A DNA stretch of 37,318 nucleotides from Octopus bimaculoides (GCF_001194135.2 NC_068984.1:38490782-38528099), one strand, 5' to 3'; positions 11,176-22,697 are shown, counted from the stretch's first letter. Notes: a model not told the origin generated them from the letters alone. Program-made: numbers and translations.

Positions 11176-11443
11176 CATATGGCATAGTGGTTCAGAGTGC
11201 GGGCTACTAACCCCAAGATTCCGAGTTCGATTCCAGGCAGTGACCTGAATAATAATAATAATAACAACATCAAAAAATACCTTAGTAATGAGAACCCAGC
11301 TTCGAAATTTCCCCAAGACACCTGATGAAGACTGGAGGGTATATCAACCGAAACGTTGTGTTAACAACAATCAAGATGAGGAAAAATATCCATCAATTGT
11401 AAGTCATGTACATAATTCCTCATCTCTTAAATATAGAACTGTA
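11176..11443 (+). mobile_element. tRNA-headed SINE-like unit with hammerhead tail, right arm
   Basis: A box 11180-11190, B box 11223-11234, (AAT)n linker, hammerhead core 11322-11357; about 89% identical to the left arm by hand count. Confidence 0.9.
11317..11362 (+). ncRNA. Minimal type I hammerhead ribozyme motif (Penelope-type)
   Basis: GACAC-CUGAUGA-A-GACUG[gaggguauau]CAACC-GAAA-C-GUU-GUGUU; ACGU palindrome intact, two mismatches in stem II. Confidence 0.75.
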
Positions 11444-12425
11444 TTACAGGGAAAGGTTAATTGATTTTATCAACCCAACTACTTAACTGGTCCTTGATTT
11501 CGTCTACCCCAAAAGGAAGTGAAATTTATGTCAGCAGGATCTGAACAACTGATTTTGCTAATACACCAACCTTACAAAAAAAAAGTCTTTACACTAATAA
11601 TTTCAGCCATCTGTCATCATATCAATAATAGGAATTTCTAACAATGCTAACACCCACACATTTGTTTTTGATGGGAGACAGGCGGTGTAGAAATAATTAC
11701 ATCAATTCCAAAATTCCAGAATCGGCCAACACCACCACCCTCCTGATAACTGCTTTTAATTTAGCCACAAGGGTGGTCATTTTGAGAGGCATGGCAGTTA
11801 CATTAGTATTTTGACTGGTACTTTATTTTATTGAACCCAAAAGGATAAAAGCAAGCTTGAATGTGAAAAAGCCAGAATAAATATCATTAAAGCATCTTGT
11901 CCAATGTTCTAATGATTCTGCTATTCCACTGCCCTTAATCTTTTAGTATTCAAACCGGCCATATTTGACCAAAATATTCTTCCTGTTTTATGTTCAAACT
12001 GGTCAGATCCAGCCTCTCACACCAACCCTACAATGTTAGTATCAAAGATTTACAATCACATCATTGAAATCTTGAAGCTACAGGTAATGCGGGATAAATT
12101 TAAAACAATTTGAATAAATAAGCATTACATTTGACAGAATAATCCGAATGCTAAAGGGTCAAAAATTATTTTAAACTTAGACAAAAATCCTGAAATTTGC
12201 AGGAGGTGATTAGCTGATTACATCAACTGCAGTACTTGAATGGTATTCTATTTTATCAAACCCAAAAAGACAAGTAGTAAAGTAATAATAATAGTCACAA
12301 GGTCAAAACGGTGAGGACAGGGCTATAGATGATTAAACAGATCCTAGAACTGGACTGGTACTTAATTTACTGACCCTTGAAGGATAAAGGCCTAAGATGA
12401 CCCTGAAGGATTTGAACTCAGAAAG
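11444..12425 (-). mobile_element. Further fragments of the second tRNA-SINE family (about 11444-11572, 11760-11935, 12180-12285, 12295-12425)
   Basis: Recurring actggtactt ... ccccaaaaggataaaag ... tttgaactc blocks in the same orientation as 10020-10672. Confidence 0.65.
11939..12158. mobile_element. piggyBac-like MITE, about 220 bp
   Basis: ttaa|tcttttagtattc ... gaatgctaaaggg|tcaa; homologous to 28551-28762. Confidence 0.65.
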
Positions 12426-13671
12426 TATATACCATTCTATTGATACAACACTATGATAATGACGAAAATAACTACCATTTTTCTTTTAAAAAAGTTTTTT
12501 AAAACAGAAAATTAAATTTTTAAAAATCCATTTTATAATTTGACTAGTATCAAAAGTCAGTATTTTCTGTTTGAAGTTGAGAGCAGAGTTGTCACATTCA
12601 TGCCTACGCCAATATCATTAGCAGTTTAAATTAAGGAAAACAACTAGCACTAGACATTGAGACCAGACAGCAGATTTTACTTTGAGAATTCTCTCTATTC
12701 TATGAGGGCTAATGACTACATCAGATTTCCAGAGTGGAATGACAAATATCTTTCACTGTATGAATAGAAGAAATCACTAGATTCAGAGCTGAATATCTAT
12801 ATAATTTGATATCTACTGAATGAATAAACTGGTAAGATGTTCAATGTAAAATGGTAATTCACCATGATGATCAATTTGAGACAGAAAAATTACAGTCCAG
12901 TACAGCCTACTGACATATCTTGCATCATACTAACCAACAAATTTTCAAAATGAGTGTCAGCCACTTCAATTTTACCAGTCTGGAAGGGTCTTCAAGGGAA
13001 ATTTCAATACAACTAAGGATTTTTTTCTTTTAGTATATAGCATTTAGGACATCATCCATTAATGTAATTGCCCAAATTCATGCCTTTGGCTCAATTCAGT
13101 TATTTTCCTTAACTCATTTCGTTTTTTAATTATGCAAATTATATTTGCCAAAAACATATGTAACTTTTTCTGTATGTAAAAATTTATCCACTACTCAGCA
13201 GGTTTGGTTAGACATTGATATATTGGTGAAATTTAATAGACTAAAGTATATACATAGTTGGTCCTTGTTTGCAAACAGAGATTGAACTGTCCTCTTCAGC
13301 ATGTAAATCAATCTGGAAAATGAATTCCTAACTTCTTACAATTAGTTAACAATTTTCCCTTTTCTCTGGGTGTCATTAACATTAGCCACTAGCATTTTGT
13401 TTTCATTCACCAACTAAGAGTGAAACTACATTCAAGAATCTACTGCTTATAGCATTCAGTAACCTTTAATGTAATAATGTATCTGTCACTTGCTGGATGA
13501 TCAAGTTACCAACTTCACTATAGGGAGTCTGCCACACCCACTTTTCAAATTAGGTACTAAAAAAGAAAAAAAAAAATTCAAGTCCCCAATTTGAGATAGC
13601 ACAGTGAACACTGTGTAATCGGTAATGCAGCCACCCATCAAGCGAGATCCCTACAAGTGAGACTGTAGCTT

Positions 13672-13757
13672 TTATTTTTCTGTTTCTGTCTGAAATTGGT
13701 GTTCTTGATGTTTAATATCATTTACATTAAAATTGTTGGAATAAAAAGAAACGAAAT
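13672..13757 (-). CDS. Candidate terminal coding exon (N-FVSFYSNNFNVNDIKHQEHQFQTETEK*) followed by UTR-like sequence
   Basis: Acceptor ggttttcctctttag; phase-compatible with the 13839-14052 candidate across an 81-nt GT-AG intron. Confidence 0.3.
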
Positions 13758-13838
13758 CTAAAGAGGAAAACCAATTTATATAACAGTAATAATAATAGCT
13801 ACTTATGTGTGTGTTTATAAATTATGCACAGCTCTTAC

Positions 13839-14052
13839 TGAATAAGCATGCTTTTAAGATCTGTTTATCCACAATTAGTATACACCATAACAATAAAGCA
13901 AATGACTGCCTCAGCATGAAGCTAAGTGTATAAAGGTAAGAAGTTAATGCTATGTAAACAGAATAACTTATGAAAAGTCTAAGCAGACAGAGTGAATGAA
14001 CAAAGTCTGCTTGCAGCTCTGACCCTAAGAATATGGGCCACATAAAAAGAAA
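13839..14052 (-). CDS. Candidate exon, hydrophobic 71 aa (FLFMWPIFLGSELQADFVHSLCLL...KQILKACLF)
   Basis: Acceptor gttgttcttacag, donor GTAAGA, open frame; could be a chance ORF in T-rich DNA. Confidence 0.25.
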
Positions 14053-15637
14053 CTGTAAGAACAACTAATATATATCCTTTTGTCTGAGAGTTGATCAGTT
14101 TATTTTTATACAAAAATAAGTAGATTGGTGCATATAGTTAATTATGTAATGTTTTTGAATGCATAGAGAGAAACACAAAATCAAAGAGATGATGTTAGTG
14201 TTGGTGCAAGGGATTGATGAATTAAAAACTCTCACATTGTTATTTAACATTCACTTGTACAGTTTTGAGGTTGCAGGATTTGGAGTGTGATTTTGAGATT
14301 CAAGTTTTTAGTTACATCTTAAATTACAGACAACATTCTTAATGAAAACTGGAAAAGTCTAACTTACAACATATAAAAATAAAAACCCCACTTTCACTAA
14401 TTGGTTTTGTTAATTATCTAAGTCATCTGTAACTCAGGACACCTATGATCGAAAGACCTCCATGTAACCAGCCTGTCTTTTTACCTTTTTCCCTCTTTTT
14501 GTCAAACAATGTCTAGGACTATGTTACCCAATTTGTTCCTATTTTAAAAGAAAACAATCAATCAATCAGTTGTGATATGAGGAGATACAGCTGCTATTGA
14601 TAGCATGCTGAACTGTTATTGTGAGAACACAGTAGCTTCCTCATTAACTTGCTAGTGTATACAGATCAAAGGTAAATAAACATCCCATAATACATACATT
14701 ATTGCCACATATTTTCATATAAGCAGCAGAATAAAAGGTTTAATTGTCACACACCGTATGGCTTCTAAAATATGATTACATTCTAATCTATTAATGGTGA
14801 CAAAATCTATTAATCTATTAAAATTTATAAAATAAGGTTTTAAAAATAATTTAATCACATTTGATTAATTAATCTCTTCAACACCAACACATTGGAAACC
14901 ACCTCCTTTTAATGTATAGAATTTTAAATTCAAATCATGTAGCTTTCACGTAGTAGTGATATTTCATTACTATGTGAAAGCTAAAAGTGTGTAAAAAAAT
15001 AATTGTTTTAAAATTAGATATTTCATAGAAATCCCATAATTCTTGATTATTTTTAAGATTAAAACACAAATGCAAAATGTGTGCTTGTTGGGAATATGAT
15101 CACAAATGAGTTAAAAGAAAATTACAGAAACAATACAAAAATATTAAATTTCAACTTTCTAAGCTTTGATTTACTAATCTACCGTAATATACATCAGTAA
15201 TATAATGAGGGTTAACTTAATTGACAATATCATTGTTCCTAGAAGAATTAACCTTGTGACAAAAGAAAATATTTTGATAATGTAATTTCTTCGTTACCAA
15301 TGTTTGGATGGTTCTAAAAAATTAAACATTTACATGAATTATTGGAGCTGTTGAAAGTCACAGAGGGGCCTGACTTGTTTAATGTACCAGTTCAGTAACC
15401 AAACAGTGAAAACTTTGTATCTTATCTCTGCTACTGCTTTGTATTTAATTATCAATAGCTCAAGTTTATCTAGCTATAAAAAGGCCCCATGAGAAAACAC
15501 AGCTTGCTTCAGTATACAAATAGAGGAGACACTCTTTAGATGTCAAAGCTTTCATTAAATTGCAGTGTTAGGCCTAACTCCCATCACTTCCACTAGTCAA
15601 CGAATACAATAGATTATGTTATACAGGGTAGGGATGA

Positions 15638-15639
<2 letters not shown>

Positions 15640-15700
<61 letters not shown>

Positions 15701-15821
15701 NNNNNNNNNNNNNNNNNNNNNNNNNNNNNNNNNNNNNNNNNNNNNNNNNNNNNNNNNNNNNNNNNNNNNNNNNNNNNNNNNNNNNNNNNNNNNNNNNNNN
15801 NNNNNNNNNNNNNNNNNNNNN

Positions 15822-15873
<52 letters not shown>
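15640..15873. repeat. (GA)n microsatellite spanning the N-gap 15701-15821
   Basis: Direct reading. Confidence 0.95.
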
Positions 15874-15878
<5 letters not shown>

Positions 15879-16329
15879 CTTCTCTTATGGAATCTGGCAA
15901 TTTACTGGGCTGGTACACATCCAGTTTTCATAGCATTAAGTGGTTGATAGATAAATCTCTTGGAAAGAAGAATGCATATTTATCTCAGGTAACATAGCTG
16001 CAGTAACTTGTGTTGAAATTGAGTCAGAACCACAAGACAACAAAACATTATTTCATTTACAATATTGTTATTGCTAACAATGGGGAAATAGCTATATATA
16101 TAGGTACTGAATGATACAAACTATGTGGAGTGGGCCATTGAAGCATTATATATTTGTTGTTCGTAGACAACAAAATACTAGTGGCAAGATATGAAATGCC
16201 AGCATCTCAGTTTCTTGTCCCATACCCTGTCAACTTGGTCATCTATGCTCTCCAAGCAATTTATACCAGCAAAACAAAAATAAAAAAATTAAATAAGTAG
16301 TAACAATAACATCACAACATCTTCAGTTG

Positions 16330-16520
16330 TCCACCTCCACTGTAGTTGCAACTGAAATCTACAAGTGTACAGAAGAGAAAGAGAAGTGGGGAGAGATAGA
16401 GAGCAAATCTTCACAGAGTGTTTAACTTGCTAAAAATAACAGCTAAAACTCCCTCAAATGCTGTTCTATCATCTTTAGAATGAAAACATCTGTTGGTAAA
16501 ACAGATGCAATCTGTCTGAT
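16330..16520. mobile_element. Old interspersed repeat copy (same family as 17205-17515)
   Basis: gcaactgaaatctacaagtgtacagaagag ... aaaataacagctaaaactccctcaaatgctgttcta. Confidence 0.65.
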
Positions 16521-16689
16521 GCAATATGGAATGATCATTGCTTGAAAATATTTGAAAATTAGCCTGCTCTATTAGGGTTGATATAGGGTTAAGAACAACA
16601 ACAAACATACAAAAGAAAATTGGACGATGCAAGATATCACAACCATCACACTATTACCTGCCTCCCTTATTGCATGACAATGAGTCGAG

Positions 16690-16970
16690 ACCTGATATAA
16701 TCGGGATTGCACCCTGCCCTTTGACTAACCACCTGCATGCTTGCCAAAGGTCTACTCAAGTAAGGCTAACCAAGGGTTGCATAACAACAGTAGCAGCAGG
16801 AGTTGTGGTTTAGCTCCAGGTCAGTCATGATTGACTACTAAGCCTATGGTCAAAAGTGTACCAGCTTAATCATGCCTTCTTTTTGTGCAGTAGGATATAC
16901 ACTGTCCAATGTAGACATTTTTAAGACGGTTGGGAGATTGACTGTTATTTCCAGATGGAGTAAGAGTTTG
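16690..16970. mobile_element. Ancient SINE-like repeat (ccaggtcag..ctatgatcaaag..gagggagatt family)
   Basis: Degenerate copies also at about 900-990, 2960-3090, 14430-14620, 19730-19960, 26050-26200 and 29330-29600. Confidence 0.5.
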
Positions 16971-17204
16971 GAACTAAGATATAAATTTGTTATATTAATG
17001 GTTTTATGTTCAGTTATAAAAACTATTTTACATTACTCTGATGGGTAACTCTATATTTCAGCAGAGTATAAATTTATTATTCTTATGCAAGAATATTCTT
17101 GATAGTGACTTCAAATTTTCAGCCAGCTAAGCTCTTCGAAGAAGGACTAAATGATGGCTTAGGCAGATGAAACTCCAAAGTTACTGTCATCAAAATTCTT
17201 GTAT

Positions 17205-17322
17205 AAGAACTACAAGCAGGCAACTGGAATCTACAAGTGTACAGAAGAGAGAAAGTGGGGAATGGAGAGGTGGGAGAGAGAGAGAGATGGGAGAGAGAGA
17301 GATGGGAGAGAGAGAGAGATGG

Positions 17323-17353
<31 letters not shown>

Positions 17354-17515
17354 GAGAGATGGGAGAGAGAGAGATGGGAGAGAGTGAGGTAGGAGGGAGA
17401 GAGAGTGAGTGAGGTAGGAGGGAGGGAGAGTGGGGAAAGAGGGAGCCTTCACAGGGTGCTTAACCTGCTGAAAATAACACCCGAATCTCCCTTAAACGCT
17501 GTTCTATTTTTGGAA
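17205..17515. mobile_element. Old interspersed repeat copy with an internal GA-rich expansion (17265-17445)
   Basis: Flanks match 16330-16520; interior is (GA)n punctuated by gatggga. Confidence 0.7.
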
Positions 17516-18784
17516 TGGAGGCAGGCAGGCAGGCATACATACATAATATACACCTTTTTACCATAAGAGATTTTTTTTCTCCGCGGTAACTGCAGTGTAT
17601 TTGCCTTTAGCAGTTGAAATATGTGACAAGCATATTTCAACTAACCTAAATTGTGATAATATATATGTATCCTGGTATAAATCCCTGTACCGAGAATGGC
17701 ACATGTTTTTCAAGTCTTAATGAATGGCAGTAGTCCAGCCAAATAATTTAAATACTAACCAATCCTTAAATGTTGCTAATTCTCAGAAACTGGACTAGAA
17801 GCAGTATTTTTGACATTATGCTACCATAAACTTTGTCTAGTATGATAAATAAAACTAAAACACAAAATGAACAAAAAGTGCTAAATCTGATACAAAGAAG
17901 GATTCTTCTATAATACAATGGATGATCAAGGTTTAAAGAAGTTATGCAAAGTTGTAAAATGTCAGCAGCATATTTATGTTCTAACAATGTATTGTAAGAG
18001 ATAATAGCTAAGAAAACAACTGAATATCTAGGATTACTTTAGATTTCAGATAATCATCAAATTAGTCTCTTATTGGGATTTTCTTAATTTTTCTATTTTT
18101 CTTTTTGTGTGTTTGCATATGTTTGTACATGACTGTCTCTGTGTACAACTAATAATAAAAATGTGTGTATGTGTGTTTATGTCTTTATATATATATATGT
18201 TTTATATATATATATATGTTTTCTTTAATGTCAGTCTCACTGCAATAGATTATGATTAACAGGTATAAATCATCTTTATATAGCTAATTAATTGCAAGAA
18301 CTTTGGATCAAATAAAGACACTACTAATCTCAGAATAAACAGTCTGGTCATGGCAGCAAATAACAGCAAGTGTAATATTGGTGTATGAACAGATATCTAT
18401 CTACTTGATAAAACAACACATTAACATATGTTAAACTTAATTGATTATTCAAGAAAATCATTTAATCTTTTTTTTTTAAATCCTATTAGTCTTTATTTCA
18501 TTTTTTTTTTTTTGTTTCCACTCCCTTTGAAGATGTGATAAAGATATCGCAGCATCATTTTCTGTGTAATGTGATTAATTGCATGTCATTGTAGCAGAGA
18601 CTAAAAGAAGGAAATAAATTCCACTGAGGTCATTAACACATTATTAAAATTTATTTGGTAAATACTACTATAAACATTTAAAACAAAACAGCTTTGATGA
18701 TACAGTAGTACTGGTATACGTAGCAATAGTGGTAGGAGAGGAAGTAGTGAGAGCTGATTTTATGAAACAACATCCCCCTACTTC

Positions 18785-19290
18785 NNNNNNNNNNNNNNNN
18801 NNNNNNNNNNNNNNNNNNNNNNNNNNNNNNNNNNNNNNNNNNNNNNNNNNNNNNNNNNNNNNNNNNNNNNNNNNNNNNNNNNNNNNNNNNNNNNNNNNNN
18901 NNNNNNNNNNNNNNNNNNNNNNNNNNNNNNNNNNNNNNNNNNNNNNNNNNNNNNNNNNNNNNNNNNNNNNNNNNNNNNNNNNNNNNNNNNNNNNNNNNNN
19001 NNNNNNNNNNNNNNNNNNNNNNNNNNNNNNNNNNNNNNNNNNNNNNNNNNNNNNNNNNNNNNNNNNNNNNNNNNNNNNNNNNNNNNNNNNNNNNNNNNNN
19101 NNNNNNNNNNNNNNNNNNNNNNNNNNNNNNNNNNNNNNNNNNNNNNNNNNNNNNNNNNNNNNNNNNNNNNNNNNNNNNNNNNNNNNNNNNNNNNNNNNNN
19201 NNNNNNNNNNNNNNNNNNNNNNNNNNNNNNNNNNNNNNNNNNNNNNNNNNNNNNNNNNNNNNNNNNNNNNNNNNNNNNNNNNNNNNNNNN
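18785..19290. other. Assembly gap (506 N) followed by (AT)n
   Basis: Run of N. Confidence 1.
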
Positions 19291-19291
19291 N

Positions 19292-19338
<47 letters not shown>

Positions 19339-19340
<2 letters not shown>

Positions 19341-19499
19341 GCAAGCTTTCAGTTTCTGTCTACCAAATCTACTCACGAGGCTTTGATCAGTCCAAGGTTA
19401 TAGTAGAAGACATTTATCCAAGGTACCACACAGTGGGACTGAATCTGGAATCATGTGGTTGGGAAGCAAGCTTCTTACCACTCAATCATGCCTGTGCCT
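19339..19499 (-). mobile_element. CORE-type SINE, 5' half
   Basis: ctttcagtttctgtctaccaaatc ... gtagaagacatttatccaaggtaccacacagtgggactgaa. Confidence 0.85.
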
Positions 19500-19954
19500 A
19501 AAGTTTGAAACAGTAAGTCTTTTAAAAATTAAGGATCCTTAACATAACAGTCTTTCATGGAGATAAACCGATATTTAAAAAAAAAGCATTCAGACAGGAT
19601 GCTAATTTAAAGAAAAAGAATATATATGGTTAGTCTTAGATGGTAGGGCAGTGCCCTGGCCTTCACATGGCCTTTGAAACTAATGAGAAAAAAAGAAAGG
19701 AAGACATCACAACATATAGGCTCCTGTTAATCATCAGTCCCTTTCAAGTAGCCCAGCTGGAAATCAGTTTTCACAGAAAGAACTCTGATTGATATAAGCT
19801 ACAGCTATATTCTTGCTTAGCCCAAGGTCATTCTTGATTGATTAGACTTATGATTAAAGAAATTTCTTTTTTCTTTTGTTTTGATAAATCACTTATCTGA
19901 GGCTATGCTGTCCAAGATGTCCTTTGTGATCTTTTAAGGCAGTGGGACACCACC

Positions 19955-20250
19955 TTGGAGAGTTTAGTCAAACAAATCAACCCTAATATTTGTTTCCATT
20001 AAAAGATGGCTACCTACTCAATCAGTCTCTTTTGTTGAACCACTAAATTGAGGGGAAGTAAAGAGACCAACGCCAGTTGTCAAGGGTGGGAGTGATCACA
20101 CACAGAGTTTCCATGTACCAAATTCACTTACAAGGTATGAGACTATAGTAGAAAACCCTTGCTTAAGGTGCCATGCAATGGAATTGAACCTGAAACTACA
20201 TGGTTGCAAAACTAGCTTCTTAACCACACAGCCATGCTTGCACACATGAT
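19955..20250 (-). mobile_element. CORE-type SINE, degenerate
   Basis: ctatagtagaaaacccttgcttaaggtgccatgcaatgg ... taaccacacagccatgc. Confidence 0.7.
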
Positions 20251-20319
20251 TCTGTTCAAGTTTCAACCTTTGTATTAATATGCACATAGACATGCATACA
20301 TACATATATACATACATTA

Positions 20320-20520
20320 TCATCATCATCCTCATTTAGCATCTGTCTTCCAATGCTGGCATAAATTGGATGGGTTTCCAGGATCTGACAAGCCAGAAGG
20401 CTGTGCTAAGTTCCATCCAATATTTGCTTTGGTATGGTTTCCACAGCTGGATGCCCTTCCTATAATGCCAACCATTTTACAGAGTGTACTGAGTGCTTTT
20501 TCCCAAATAACAAACAACAT
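20320..20520 (-). mobile_element. RTE-tailed SINE (Ceph-SINE-like)
   Basis: (CAT)n tail, ccaatgctggcat, ctggatgcccttcctataatgccaacca ... actgagtgcttttt. Confidence 0.75.
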
Positions 20521-20639
20521 AAGACAGTTGACTGAGGAGGGATGGATTACTGAGATGGGCAAGCTTTACGCCGATTGGTGAGAGGCAAAAGCATGATAGA
20601 CTGCAGGAACAGGTGTTTTGCTGTAGAGGATGCATGGCT

Positions 20640-21230
20640 ACTTCAGCTGGAAAGAGAAAAAAGATGGTGGTGATGAGGTGTCAGGGTGTAACTTCAAGAT
20701 ACAAGGTGGATACAAGAGAGAAGCTGAACAGAGGATAAGACAAGGTGTGTTCGTGAGCGTGTGAAAGGAGAGTGGCAGATGGATAGAGGTAAATGCAGTG
20801 AATGGAACATGGGTGGCGGCATGGTCAATGTGAGAGGAAGGTGGAGGAACTAGGAGTTGGTCAGAGACGTAATGACAGCACAAACGATGTGAAATATGGC
20901 AATGTGCAAGAGAGATGCACAGGGACAGGAATGAAGTCAAAGGTACATTAGTATGAAAATAGTGTTGGACAAAGGTACCTGTCATTGGTAGATAAGAGAG
21001 GGTGTCCAAAGGAAAAGGAGGTGAAAGGGGTGTTTAGTGGAAAATAAAATGATAAGGGATGATACTGAGAATGTGGGTAACAAAAGGAAGTGCTTCTAGG
21101 GAGAGTGATAACTGGTAGCACAAAAGATGGAGGTGAAATATTTGCAATTCTGCTCTGATATAATTACAGAAGCTGAGTAAATAGTGATGTAGTCAGAAGA
21201 GTGATGGTGGGGTGAATGTTAGGAAGATGT
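20640..21230 (-). mobile_element. Purine-skewed segment, probable decayed LINE-derived sequence
   Basis: Higher GC and strong strand skew, adjacent to RTE pieces; no motif confidently recognised. Confidence 0.25.
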
Positions 21231-21289
21231 GTTGTCAGGAAGAGACTTGACAGGGATAGATTGAATTTCAGGGCCTCATATTCGCTGAG

Positions 21290-21570
21290 ATGGATGGGTC
21301 TTCTGGAGCACAGCAAATCAACAATCATTCCAGCCCTTTGTCATCTCCTCCATGAGGTTCAGCATCCTAAGGTCAGACTTCACAACTTCATCCCATGTTT
21401 TCCCAAGTCTCACTCTCTCTCAAGTTCCATTCATTTTTAGTGATTAACACTTCTTTATGCAGTTGTCCTCATCCATACACATCACATGACCATACCAGCA
21501 CAATCTTCTCTCTTGCATATTACATCTGATGCCTCTTATGCCCAACTTTTCTTTCAACACATTTGCACTA
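21290..21570 (-). mobile_element. RTE LINE ORF C-terminal remnant
   Basis: Minus frame LKEKLGIRGIRCNMQERRLCWYGHVMCMDEDNCIKKC ... RLGKTWDEVVKSDLRMLNLMEEMTK is typical of the RTE C-terminus. Confidence 0.85.
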
Positions 21571-21736
21571 GACAACCGATGTTGGTGAGTTTATGTACCC
21601 GTAACTTAGAGGTTCAGCAAAAGAGACCGAATAAGTACCAAGCTTACAACAAATAGGCCCTGGGTTGATTTCTTTGACTAAAAGGTGGTGCTCCAGCATG
21701 GCCACAGTCAAATGACTGAAACAAGTAAAAGAGTAT
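21570..21736 (+). mobile_element. CORE-type SINE, 3' half
   Basis: gacaaccgatgttggtg ... aaaggtggtgctccagcatggccacagtcaaatgactgaaacaagtaaaagagta. Confidence 0.88.
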
Positions 21737-21830
21737 CAAACAGGGCTATTTTCCTGAAGGGATTAACAGCCTGTATTTTCCTACTTCAATTTTATTTATT
21801 TTGCTAACTTTAAGGCCCTTTAATTCCAGG

Positions 21831-21833
<3 letters not shown>

Positions 21834-21875
<42 letters not shown>

Positions 21876-21931
21876 NNNNNNNNNNNNNNNNNNNNNNNNN
21901 NNNNNNNNNNNNNNNNNNNNNNNNNNNNNNN
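21834..21931. repeat. (AT)n microsatellite running into the N-gap 21876-21931
   Basis: Direct reading. Confidence 0.95.
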
Positions 21932-22620
21932 GGGGGGTCCAAAACCATCCCTCTCTTTTCAATTACTTTGTTTTTATTCCATTCTCTATGGAAGCTTATA
22001 ATATGGAGTGATCTGATAATTTATTGGTGTCTGAAATATCTCCACACAAAACACCACATAAATTCTCAATATATTTATGCAATTTTCAAAAGGTATTACA
22101 TATAGCTTTGGAAAACACATTCTTACAACTAGCAATTTATAAAACACAATTCTCTTTTTCTCTCTAAACATCAATCTATTATAAACACATGAATCTAAGC
22201 TATTGCTGTTATGCTTTCAGAAAGCAATGAGTTGATGAGATTGTTTATACCCAGCGGTAAAGTGTTGTAACTGCATATGACATAACTGGTAATAAGTTGT
22301 GTCCTTTTACATGGCACTTAAATCTGCTAGACTCAGAATAGCTAGCTGAAATTAAGGATTATTATAATTGTGGATTCAAAACAGGTGTCATATGTTGAAA
22401 CTGAAGAAACAGAATCTGGAGTACCAGTCTAAATCACAATTCCATGCATATAATTTTTTGCTTTGGAATAATTATACTAATAACTTGTTAGAACTCAATA
22501 TATGTGCTTCAGAATAAAGCATTAGGCAAATAAAGGATATAATATGAATTAATGGGATGACAAGGGTAATATGAATTAATGAGATTAAAAGGAACAATGT
22601 AATCACATTTATTGGCTTAC

Positions 22621-22697
22621 AGTTGTTTCTGCTCTAAGAAGCAATGCTCTCAGAGCAGAGTGCTTGTACATCATCTTATATATATCTTTCTTGGAGT
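22621..22697 (-). CDS. Candidate exon (D-SKKDIYKMMYKHSALRALLLRAETT)
   Basis: Acceptor ttctacactacattttaaag, donor GTAAGC, only one open frame; phase-compatible with 24258-24300. Confidence 0.3.

Noticed and set aside
11101-11245. Two tRNA-like sequences as real tRNA genes
   Set aside because: A and B boxes are present, but there is no matching acceptor stem and both run into a shared non-tRNA tail, so they are SINE heads.
18695-18760. Possible box C/D snoRNA (TGATGA..CTGA), also considered at about 12864 and 33390
   Set aside because: No terminal stem or proper box spacing, so a snoRNA-host model is unsupported.
18668-19403. Longest ORFs in the track (188-232 aa)
   Set aside because: They are mostly X residues from the 506-N gap.
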